Made by a program: the position numbers and the translations under genes. A stretch of DNA of 64,000 nucleotides, taken from the NCBI GenBank assembly GCA_944336475.1, contig CALVLD010000002.1:69814-133813 (forward strand). Reading direction: 5' to 3'. Source of the DNA: an uncultured Clostridia bacterium. Its GTDB lineage: Bacteria > Bacillota > Clostridia > Christensenellales > CAG-138. Positions 49,067 to 57,274 of the stretch are shown here, in pieces (positions within the stretch are counted from its first letter, which is position 1; every line of letters begins with the position of its first letter). The notes under the pieces were generated by a model. It had not been told where the DNA came from and did not search any database. It saw nothing but the letters and a program-made list of their open reading frames with translations.

Positions 49067-50458
49067 ATGAAGTTTAAGCGAATGCTGCCGATAACGGCAC
49101 TCCTGTTGTGCGCAGTGATGCTGATGGGTCTGTTGTGTGCCTGTGAGCCAACAGACCCCGTCATATCTGAAACCACCGCCACACCGGATGATACCGATGT
49201 GCCGGATGCCAATGGCATTGACGACCCCTCCTCTGTGTCCGACGATGGCATATCGCCTGTCGAAGGCATCGAAAACGCCATGATCGACTCGGGTGCAGGC
49301 AACTCCTATGCATACATATCCCCCGATGGGGTGCTGTACACATGGGGATGCAACGATGGTGCTGGCCTCGGCACGGGCAGTGTGTATGACGAATATGCGC
49401 CCGTAGAAGTTGCAAGGGATGTCCGCTGGGCTGACTTTGCCGTATATGGCAATGATGTCGGCCGGAAATACACCATGCTGCTCTATATAACCGATGACGG
49501 TCAGCTATGTGCATCGGGCTGCCTCCCGGTTGATCTCTTTAAGGAGGATCCCAATCTGCTCGGAAGCTGTTACTCGCTGTTCCTCGGGGACGAGGCGGTA
49601 GAACTTGTTTCGATAGGCGAGGACTCAGCTCTATTCGTATACACCGATGCGGGCAACATATTATACTATGATCATCTCTACAACAACTATATGTTCCACA
49701 TCCCTGAGGCCACCGAGGGGAATCCCTATCCCTCCACAAGGCAGTATCTCAATGATACTCGGCTGAACGGCAAGGTTCGTGAGATCTCTGCCGGCAGCTT
49801 CATCACCGCTTTTGTCACGACCGACGACGAGCTCTATCTCTTCGACATGAACTCGCAGGAGCTCATGTATGTCTGTGACGGTGTTGCCTCGGCACATGTG
49901 TGCGGTACGATACCGAATGTGGTCGTGCTGAAGCAGGACGGATCCCTCTACATACAGAGGTGCTATGACCCTGCCGCAGGGGCTTTTGCGGATGACTTTA
50001 ATCTCGATACCGCAGCCCCCGTGCTTGAGAACGTCACTGCACTCGACTTTGATCTCAACTCCATCGCCGCGCTCAATGCGGACGGCTCAGCTGCGCTGTT
50101 TGTGGGTGCAGTCAGCGATACACCGGATGTCAACGGGCATTATTGTGACTTCATGGCGGCTCACCTTCCCACGGTGAACGATGCCGCAATGGTGTTTGCG
50201 GATGCCGGCGGCGGTGCAGGCGTCATATACATCAACCATGACGGCGATGCCTACTATCTGCCTGTCGACGGCGAAGCCGAGTTCATAACCTCCGATGCTG
50301 CATACGCCCATTTCATCAATGGCGGTGTCGGTGCTTTTGTGATACGTCTCGATGGCAGCGTTGTCACCCATACTCGCACCGGCTGTGAGCACCGCTTCCT
50401 CGGTCTGGGCTACGGCGTGTATACCGCTCCGGAGTGTACTCAGCTCGTGTTTGAGTGA
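49067..50458 (+). CDS. Lipoprotein with RCC1-like / beta-propeller repeats
   Basis: Lipobox LLCAC. One clear RCC1 motif (DGVLYTWGCNDGAGLGTG) and about six further hydrophobic-xx-DG-x-hydrophobic blade-like repeats. Confidence 0.6.
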   Translation: MKFKRMLPITALLLCAVMLMGLLCACEPTDPVISETTATPDDTDVPDANGIDDPSSVSDDGISPVEGIENAMIDSGAGNSYAYISPDGVLYTWGCNDGAGLGTGSVYDEYAPVEVARDVRWADFAVYGNDVGRKYTMLLYITDDGQLCASGCLPVDLFKEDPNLLGSCYSLFLGDEAVELVSIGEDSALFVYTDAGNILYYDHLYNNYMFHIPEATEGNPYPSTRQYLNDTRLNGKVREISAGSFITAFVTTDDELYLFDMNSQELMYVCDGVASAHVCGTIPNVVVLKQDGSLYIQRCYDPAAGAFADDFNLDTAAPVLENVTALDFDLNSIAALNADGSAALFVGAVSDTPDVNGHYCDFMAAHLPTVNDAAMVFADAGGGAGVIYINHDGDAYYLPVDGEAEFITSDAAYAHFINGGVGAFVIRLDGSVVTHTRTGCEHRFLGLGYGVYTAPECTQLVFE

Positions 50459-50471
50459 TCGTTGTCTTGTG

Positions 50472-50499
50472 AGGGGGCGCTTTGCAAAAAGCGTCCCCT
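50472..50499 (+). other. 12-bp hairpin without U-tract, overlapping the start of the orphan RHS ORF
   Basis: AGGGGGCGCTTT / AAAGCGTCCCCT with a GCAA loop. It contains a GAGG-like motif and the TTG at 50482. Confidence 0.6.
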
Positions 50500-51360
50500 G
50501 CTTATGTAATTGACAGCACGGGCGCAGCCGTGGTATCATATATCTATGATAGTTGGGGCAAGCTGATTGCCGCAACGGGCACCTTGGCAAACACAGTCGG
50601 GCTTAACAACCCGTTCCGTTGTAGGGGGTATGTCTACGATACCGAAACGGGTTGGTACTACCTCCAGTCCCGTTACTATAACCCCGAGCTCTGCCGCTTC
50701 GTCTCCGCAGACGTCTACCTCTCCACCGGCCAGGGGGTGCTGGGGCACAATGCATTTGCGTATTGTAGGAGTAATCCCACAAACAGAATCGATGCTTCCG
50801 GCTTTTATGATGATGAACTCGATATATATAATTTAATCCGGAGCAATACAAGAGCGGCAGCAAGAACTAAAAAGCTTTTATTCTGGGGTTCTTGCCTTAT
50901 TGGTATTCACTTTAGTGTGTTCATTCCCAGCAGTATGACGATTTCTGCTGGAAGTGCAGTTGCTATAAAATATGCAGTATTTTATGAGAATGTGAAGGCA
51001 GGCGGGCCTATGGATTATAAAAATAGAGAGAGATGGGAAGCCGCTTTGCCAAACCTTCCCTATCCCGGCGATAGCGGAGAGGAGGAGATTTATCAATTCT
51101 ATGGAGAGCTGCGGAGCGCATCAGACATAGGAAATATAAACTACGGTGCCGTGGGCGCTGCGTTAGGCATCCCTTTGGAGATACTCCTGTGGCAAGCAGG
51201 CGCAGCACAGCTAAGGGACCATTACGGATATAGCATGTTTGACTCGCAATACCATTCATTTCTGGCTGGTCCGGATTCCTGTTATGGAGATCAAGAGGAC
51301 GACTACGAAAGTATAGTGCTTGGTTACAATCTATATATGGAAGGATATTTTGGAGGGTAG
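50482..51360 (+). CDS. Orphan RHS C-terminal cassette: RHS-core tail + Ntox44-like toxin domain
   Basis: YIYDSWGKLIAATG...NPFRCRGYVYDTETGWYYLQSRYYNPELCRFVSAD...NAFAYCRSNPTNRIDASGF is the end of an RHS core. The tip carries PMDYK, GNINYGAVGAALGIP, LLWQAGAAQ and YGDQEDDYESIVLGY motifs. No RHS body lies upstream. Confidence 0.75.
   Translation: MQKASPAYVIDSTGAAVVSYIYDSWGKLIAATGTLANTVGLNNPFRCRGYVYDTETGWYYLQSRYYNPELCRFVSADVYLSTGQGVLGHNAFAYCRSNPTNRIDASGFYDDELDIYNLIRSNTRAAARTKKLLFWGSCLIGIHFSVFIPSSMTISAGSAVAIKYAVFYENVKAGGPMDYKNRERWEAALPNLPYPGDSGEEEIYQFYGELRSASDIGNINYGAVGAALGIPLEILLWQAGAAQLRDHYGYSMFDSQYHSFLAGPDSCYGDQEDDYESIVLGYNLYMEGYFGG
50551..50750 (+). repeat. Copy 2 of the ~200-bp near-identical RHS-core junction repeat
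   Basis: See copy 1 (46769-46969). Confidence 0.85.
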
Positions 51361-51363
51361 TGT

Positions 51364-51885
51364 ATGATTTGTATGATTTGTCGGCGGATAATCGCAGTTT
51401 TAGTTGTTGTTTTATTCATTGTTCTATGCGGATGCACGGATCTTCTGTCAGATAACAGAATCATCCCACTTGATGAGGTTGCAACCCCTTCTGCAGAAGA
51501 ATTAACCGCATTGTATAATGCGAACAAAGATGCCTTCTTATCGGCAGCAAATGCCGTGTTGGGAAGTGAGCCTTTACGCAAACAAATTGAGGATAGAGAC
51601 ATTAGATACTTCTGTATTGCTTGTTGGGCTCACAAAGAGTTTTTTACGGAAGAGGCCTGGTATTATGTTACGGCAATATTTGGAATTGCCCACCTACACC
51701 GTATCACTCGATATATATCCGGTGCTGTATGTTTTGAATTTCTCACAAACCCAGAGACAAATACCACAGCTTATCTGTACTATTTTCCGGAGCCATCGGA
51801 CAGGTTTATTGATTTATATTTGGATATAGCATATACGATAAGCTACCATTCTATCAATGACAATTGGTGGATCAGGGTAACCTAA
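51364..51885 (+). CDS. Putative cognate immunity lipoprotein
   Basis: Starts 4 nt after the toxin stop and has its own GGAGGG SD. Lipobox LCGC. 173 aa with no recognisable family. Immunity role inferred from position. Confidence 0.55.
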   Translation: MICMICRRIIAVLVVVLFIVLCGCTDLLSDNRIIPLDEVATPSAEELTALYNANKDAFLSAANAVLGSEPLRKQIEDRDIRYFCIACWAHKEFFTEEAWYYVTAIFGIAHLHRITRYISGAVCFEFLTNPETNTTAYLYYFPEPSDRFIDLYLDIAYTISYHSINDNWWIRVT

Positions 51886-52034
51886 TCCGTATGACTTATC
51901 ATGAGAGTACGAGTAGCTTACAGGGGTATTCTCCGCAATAAACGTCATATTCATATGCTGTGACGAGGACGAGCTGAGGACGCAAAAGACCGTCGACGCT
52001 CCCTGCTTCTAACGTACCCACGGTGATATGAGGC

Positions 52035-52068
52035 TATAAAAAGCCCTGCGAAAAAACTCATCGCAGGG
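52035..52068 (-). terminator. Intrinsic terminator of the cotJ operon
   Basis: CCCTGCGA / TCGCAGGG stem, followed on the minus strand by CTTTTTAT. Confidence 0.7.
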
Positions 52069-52088
52069 TATTTCCGGCGCATGACTGC

Positions 52089-52670
52089 TTAACGCCGTCT
52101 GTTCTGCTTGCCGTTGGGATACAGCTCGTTGAGTATGTTCATACACTCTGCAAACCTCTGATAATGAACCACCTCACGCTCGCGCAGGAAGCGAAGCGGA
52201 GCAAGATACTGCTCGTTCTCGGTCTGATTCATTATGTGTTCGTAGGTAGCTCTTGCCTTTTGCTCGGCCGCCATATCCTCTGCAATGTCTGCAATGGGGT
52301 CGCCCGTGCAGGCGATATACGAGGCGGTGAACGGTATGCCGTTTGGGTCAGAGGGATAAACGCCGTGATTGTGCAAGGTGTAGTATCCCAGAAGACCTGC
52401 AGCTTCAAGCTCAGCTATACTTGCGCCCTCTATGGACTGAAGTATCATGGTACCGATCATCTCCCAGTGTGCTAATTCCTCCGTACCTATATCGTTAAGC
52501 GTCGCCCGAATGCGGTCGTCGGGCATTGAGAACCTCTGGGTGAGGTAGCGCATAGCTGCGCCTAGCTCGCTGTCGGGGCCGCCGTATTGCGCCATGAGTG
52601 CCTTAGCAACCCGCAGCTCCGGCATAGTGATGTTGATAGGGAATTCCAATTTTTTCTGATAGATCCACAT
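52089..52670 (-). CDS. cotJC: Spore coat protein CotJC (manganese-catalase-like)
   Basis: MWIYQKKLEFPINI...ELGAAMRYLTQRF...EELAHWEMIG di-metal motifs. Start at internal ATG 52670. Confidence 0.9.
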   Translation of the reverse strand: MWIYQKKLEFPINITMPELRVAKALMAQYGGPDSELGAAMRYLTQRFSMPDDRIRATLNDIGTEELAHWEMIGTMILQSIEGASIAELEAAGLLGYYTLHNHGVYPSDPNGIPFTASYIACTGDPIADIAEDMAAEQKARATYEHIMNQTENEQYLAPLRFLREREVVHYQRFAECMNILNELYPNGKQNRRR

Positions 52671-52683
52671 ATTTCCACACTCC

Positions 52684-52929
52684 TTACTGCTTTTCCCACG
52701 GCCATGCGGAGCAGACCCAGCAGCCGACATCGGTCGGCGAATGGCCAAATCCGAGAAGGGGTCCGTAGTTGGCCTCGTATTCGGAGATCAGCTGCTCCAA
52801 CATCAACGAATAGTGATAGTAGTCGCTGCGTGCAGCCTCATCTGTGGGATGGGTGTCAAGATAGAGATTAAGTTCGATGCAAACGAACTGGATCTCAGAG
52901 ATACGCATTTGAAGCTCATTCTGTGTCAT
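52684..52929 (-). CDS. cotJB: Spore coat protein CotJB
   Basis: 81 aa. LNLYLDTHPTD...YGPL pattern. Positioned between cotJA and cotJC. Confidence 0.85.
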   Translation of the reverse strand: MTQNELQMRISEIQFVCIELNLYLDTHPTDEAARSDYYHYSLMLEQLISEYEANYGPLLGFGHSPTDVGCWVCSAWPWEKQ

Positions 52930-52941
52930 GGCCCGCCTCCT

Positions 52942-53184
52942 TTAGTACTCGCTTGCAAGCTCGGGAAACAGCGTCCCGCGGCAGAGCGCCGAGTCGGGAC
53001 AGAACCCTTGCGTGTAAGACTGATCTACTGCTGTCACTTTGGGGAGCATAGTCATGCCGCCCTCATATCCGCAGGCGCTGAGTCCTGACTGAACATCGCC
53101 CGCAGGTACCGTGACGCTTGAATCGGGGGATCTCTCCCCGTTATACATGCTGCAAATGCCGCATGATGAATTGCGAACAAACAT
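52942..53184 (-). CDS. cotJA: Spore coat-associated protein CotJA
   Basis: 80 aa. C-terminal ...QGFCPDSALCRGTLFPEL motif. First gene of the cotJ triad. Confidence 0.8.
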   Translation of the reverse strand: MFVRNSSCGICSMYNGERSPDSSVTVPAGDVQSGLSACGYEGGMTMLPKVTAVDQSYTQGFCPDSALCRGTLFPELASEY

Positions 53185-53270
53185 ATTCGATACCTCCTTT
53201 GGGGTTTGTACATACTATGAGACAACAAATGGGCTTGTTACACCATATACATGCAAATTGAGCGGTGGTA

Positions 53271-53298
53271 TTGAAATTGACAAGTAATGTGATATAAT
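53271..53298 (+). promoter_or_regulatory. Sigma-A promoter with extended -10
   Basis: TTGAAA (53271-53276), 16-nt spacer, TGaTATAAT (-10 at 53293-53298). Confidence 0.65.
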
Positions 53299-53326
53299 GT
53301 ACAAATAGAATGTAAGGAGGTGCAGC

Positions 53327-53767
53327 ATGGCAAAGCCCAAGCTTGAGAAGCCCTCATATCTTTGGAGGGACAGAAAACGCATACTCGGTATGCCCATAAC
53401 ATTTGTCCGCTATCGTCTGGGGGAGGAGAGACTGTTCTTTGAAACGGGCTTTTTCAATACCCGTGTGGATGACATACTCCTTTACAGGGTAAGGGACATA
53501 TCGGTCACAATATCATTTTGGCAGCGCTTTACCGGCGTTGGCACCGTTGTGATAGACTCCTCGGATAAAACAATGCCCACGCTTGCGATGCGTGACATAA
53601 AGCATCCGAGGGAGGTCAAGGAGCTCATTCATAAGCAGGTCGAAAAGGCAAAGATAGCTTATCGTGTCCGTGTGAACGAGATGGTGGGGGAGATGGGGCC
53701 CGGCGGCATCCCTGATGTTGACGGCGACGGTGTTCCCGATGTGCTTGACGAGGACGGAATAGTTTAA
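53327..53767 (+). CDS. Bacterial PH-domain (bPH_2/DUF304) protein with acidic DxDxDG tail
   Basis: LLYRVRDISV...GTVVIDSSD pattern typical of bPH_2. C-terminal PDVDGDGVPDVLDEDG. Confidence 0.7.
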   Translation: MAKPKLEKPSYLWRDRKRILGMPITFVRYRLGEERLFFETGFFNTRVDDILLYRVRDISVTISFWQRFTGVGTVVIDSSDKTMPTLAMRDIKHPREVKELIHKQVEKAKIAYRVRVNEMVGEMGPGGIPDVDGDGVPDVLDEDGIV

Positions 53768-53929
53768 CAGGCTGCGGAGCGCTCCACAGCATACTGCATA
53801 TCGCATCGGATACTGAATGCAAAGCTCTTACAAGCGGGGCTTTGCTGTGTTGTTCCTGAGGGCATACTTTACAGGCCGGGAGGAGATTGTTTTATACCGT
53901 TTACCATAGTCAGACAGGACATTACAAGT

Positions 53930-54898
53930 ATGCAGGTGAACGCCATAGTCAATGCGGCAAACTCCGCACTGGTTCAGGGCGGAGGCGTGTGCGGTGCGAT
54001 ATTTGCAGCCGCCGGTGCGGCAGAGCTTCAGGCAGCCTGTAACAGGGTCGCTCCCGTGAGCACCGGTTATGCCGCCATCACGCCTGGCTTTAGGCTTGCG
54101 GCAAAATACATTATCCATGCGGTAGGCCCCGTTTATCGCAACCATACCCCAGAGCGGAGCGAGAGGTTGCTGCGTTCCGCATACACGCAATCCCTTCTGC
54201 TTGCACTGGATCATGGGTGTTCAAGCATTGCGTTTCCCTTGATATCAAGCGGCATATACGGTTACCCCAAGTCTGAAGCATTGCAGGTCGCAACCTGCGC
54301 CGTTAGGGATTTCCTCGAGCAATATGACATGGATGTCTACCTTGCTGTATTTGACAAGGCTTCCCTTGCGGTGAGCCGTGAGCTGCTGGGCAGTGTAAAG
54401 AGCTACATATATGACCACTATGTCGATACACACACGTTTGCGAGGGAAGACTATCACATTGCAGAGCGCAGTGGGAATATGCCCTTTTCCAATGCGGTCG
54501 GATCTGATAAATGCAAGAGCGATCGAATCTCATTGACCGAAGCCATAGGCAATTTGGACGAACCGTTCGGCACAACGCTGCTTCGCATTATAGACTCAAA
54601 GGGCATGACCGATGTCGAGGTATACAAAAGGGCCAATATGGATCGCAAGCTGTTCTCAAAGATCCGAACCGGCAAGTGGTATATGCCGAGCAAGAGAACG
54701 GTGCTGGCACTTGCAGTCGCATTGGAGCTTGACCTTAACGAAACAGAACGGCTGCTCAAAAAGGCCGGGTATGCCATCTCCCATAGTCGGAAGTCTGACG
54801 TTATCGTTGAATACTTCATAATTAACGGAAGATATGATGTTTTCGAGATAAACGAGGTGCTTTTCGAATATGATCAGCCTCTGCTCGGAATGAATTGA
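53930..54898 (+). CDS. Macro-domain protein (ADP-ribose binding/hydrolase) fused to a C-terminal HTH-like domain
   Basis: NAIVNAANSALVQGGGVCGAI and SSGIYGYP macro motifs. Coordinates start at the first ATG, but homology and the SD indicate the true start lies upstream near 53894 (see findings). Confidence 0.8.
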   Translation: MQVNAIVNAANSALVQGGGVCGAIFAAAGAAELQAACNRVAPVSTGYAAITPGFRLAAKYIIHAVGPVYRNHTPERSERLLRSAYTQSLLLALDHGCSSIAFPLISSGIYGYPKSEALQVATCAVRDFLEQYDMDVYLAVFDKASLAVSRELLGSVKSYIYDHYVDTHTFAREDYHIAERSGNMPFSNAVGSDKCKSDRISLTEAIGNLDEPFGTTLLRIIDSKGMTDVEVYKRANMDRKLFSKIRTGKWYMPSKRTVLALAVALELDLNETERLLKKAGYAISHSRKSDVIVEYFIINGRYDVFEINEVLFEYDQPLLGMN

Positions 54899-54979
54899 AT
54901 AATGTCGCCTTAAAAGCGACCCGTTGTGAGCGCCTCCTGTGTATTATTGTTCCATACTAAAAACAGGAGGACGCACAAA

Positions 54980-55630
54980 ATGAAAAAGAACTTGACCGAG
55001 CTGGCGTTTATTCTCGACAGAAGCGGCTCCATGGCAGGACTGGAGAGGGATACCATAGACGGATTCAACTCCATGCTGACAAGGCAGAGGGCGCTTGATG
55101 GCGAGTGCATCATCACAACGGTGCTCTTTGATAAGCGTTACGAGCTGCTCCACGGCCGTATTGATATCCGTGCCGTCAGCCCGCTGACCGAGGCAGACTA
55201 TTGCGTTGGCGGATGCACTGCCCTCGTAGATGCAATAGGGTGCATGATCAACAAGATCTAAGCCGTTCAAAAAAATACAGCCGTGGATTACCGTGCGGAG
55301 AATGTTATGTTCGTCATAATAACCGACGGTGAGGAGAATGCCAGCCGTGAGTACTCCTTGGGGCAGGTGCGCAGCATGGTAGAACAGCATAAGGAAAAGG
55401 ACGGCTGGGAGTTCATCTTCCTTGGGGCGAACATCAATGCCGTTACCGCAGCACGGAGCTTCGGGATACATGCCGATCGTGCCTTGGATTATGTGCCGGA
55501 TGGTGTGGGTATCGCACTTAACTTTACGGTGATGAGTGGTGCCATTGAGCAAATGCGCAGCAATAATCGTTTCGATCCACAGACCCTTGATACAATAAGG
55601 AACGATACAAATAAAAGTGGAAGGAAATGA
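54980..55630 (+). pseudogene. vWA (von Willebrand A) domain gene interrupted by an in-frame TAA
   Basis: MIDAS DRSGSM in the first part and TDGEEN in the second. Both parts share one frame and are separated only by the TAA at 55259-55261. Confidence 0.75.
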
Positions 55631-56481
55631 CAGGAGCAATAGTAGGGGACATAGTGGGCTCCGTGTACGAATGGAACAACATCAAGACCAAGGAGTTTCC
55701 GCTCTTTAGGCAGGATTGTTTCTTTACGGACGATACGGTCATGACGTGTGCCGTGGCGGAGGCGATCATGCGAGGCGGCGAGAGGGGCGACTTCATCAAC
55801 GCCATGAAGGTATACGGCAGGATGTATCCCGATGCAGGGTACGGCGGAAGGTTTGGAACATGGCTGTTTTCCAACAGCACGGAGCCGTATAACAGCTTTG
55901 GCAACGGCTCTGCCATGAGGGTGTCGCCGTGCGCATGGGTGATGAACTGCGGATTCTTGGCGAGGACGGGGATGTGGCCGGTCAATGGGCAGAATCTTGC
56001 AAGACTGTCTGCGGAGGTAACGCATAACCACCCCGAGGGCATAAAGGGGGCGTTGGCGGTTGCGGATGCCATATTCCTCTGCCGCTACTATTTCGGCGGC
56101 TGCTCCGGAGACGATAAAAATCCCATTTCAAATGATCACGATGAGTGCAAGCGGCGTATAAAAGCCCACATAGAGCAGCAGTACGGCTATGATCTCTCAA
56201 GGGCGCTTGACGAGATAAGGCCCACATACCGATTCAACGAGACCTGTCAGGATACGGTGCCGCAGGCGATTGTTGCCTTCCTTGACAGCACCGGTTTTGA
56301 GGATGCCATACGCAACGCAATTTCCCTCGGCGGAGACAGCGATACTCTTGCCGCCATAACGGGAGGCATGGCGGAGGCGGCATATGGCATACCTAAACAT
56401 ATATCCGACAAGGCGCTCAGCTATCTGGACGACACCCTGATCGATGTCGTCGACAGGTGGCAAAAGTTTATCCGCAAGTGA
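55627..56481 (+). CDS. ADP-ribosylglycohydrolase family protein
   Basis: GAIVGDIVGSVYEW...FTDDTVMT...GGDSDTLAAITGGMAEA motifs. ATGA overlap with the vWA gene. Confidence 0.85.
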   Translation: MTGAIVGDIVGSVYEWNNIKTKEFPLFRQDCFFTDDTVMTCAVAEAIMRGGERGDFINAMKVYGRMYPDAGYGGRFGTWLFSNSTEPYNSFGNGSAMRVSPCAWVMNCGFLARTGMWPVNGQNLARLSAEVTHNHPEGIKGALAVADAIFLCRYYFGGCSGDDKNPISNDHDECKRRIKAHIEQQYGYDLSRALDEIRPTYRFNETCQDTVPQAIVAFLDSTGFEDAIRNAISLGGDSDTLAAITGGMAEAAYGIPKHISDKALSYLDDTLIDVVDRWQKFIRK

Positions 56482-56603
56482 TACCGAAATACTAAAAACG
56501 GGCGCAGGCGTCTTGTATGTCGCGCTCGTTTTGCTCTTTGGGGTTGTTCCAATTTGTGCAATAATATGGTATCATTCACCATATAAACGCATTCGGAGGT
56601 GCT

Positions 56604-57272
56604 ATGGCAAGCATTCTGTTGGTCGAGGATGACAGAAATATCGTCGCAAACCTGACCGCCTTTCTGACGTCAGAGGGGTTTAAGGTCGAAAGCGCTTCGG
56701 GTCAATCGGCAGCGCTCAAGCTCCTGGCAAGCGAAGCCTTCGATTTGGCGCTGTTGGATGTCTCACTTGCCGACGGCAACGGCTTTGCCCTATGTTCGGC
56801 AGTCAAGCGTGAGCATGGCATACCCGTCATATTCCTCACCGCATCGGGCGATGAGTACAGTACCGTAACGGGTTTTGAGCTTGGTGCGGATGACTACATC
56901 GCAAAGCCCTTCCGCCCGAGGGAGCTTGTGCTTCGCATAAAGAGCGTGCTGCGCCGTACGGCCGGCGCAGGTGCGCTTGTGCACATAGGCAATGTTACGG
57001 TCGATACCGTTAAGGGGATGGCCTGCAAAAACGGACGGGATCTGTGCCTTTCAGCACTCGAGTACAGACTGCTTCTGGTATTTATCAACAACCGTGGAGC
57101 TGTACTCACAAGGGGCCAGCTCCTGGAATCCATATGGGATATTGCCGGGGAGTTTGTGAACGACAATACACTGACTGTCTATATCAAGCGTCTGCGTGAT
57201 AAGATCGAGGACGATCCGCAATCCCCCATGCTCATCAAGACCGTGCGAGGCATGGGGTATAGATTGGACTGA
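56604..57272 (+). CDS. OmpR-family response regulator (BceR-like)
   Basis: Receiver domain (DLALLDVSLADGNG) and winged helix (TVRGMGYRL). Confidence 0.9.
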   Translation: MASILLVEDDRNIVANLTAFLTSEGFKVESASGQSAALKLLASEAFDLALLDVSLADGNGFALCSAVKREHGIPVIFLTASGDEYSTVTGFELGADDYIAKPFRPRELVLRIKSVLRRTAGAGALVHIGNVTVDTVKGMACKNGRDLCLSALEYRLLLVFINNRGAVLTRGQLLESIWDIAGEFVNDNTLTVYIKRLRDKIEDDPQSPMLIKTVRGMGYRLD

Positions 57273-57274
57273 GC

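Noticed and set aside
53185-53270. Sigma-E-type sporulation promoter upstream of cotJA
   Set aside because: A CATAGTAT -10-like element is present on the minus strand. No suitably spaced -35 (ATATT-like) element could be found, so the support is insufficient.
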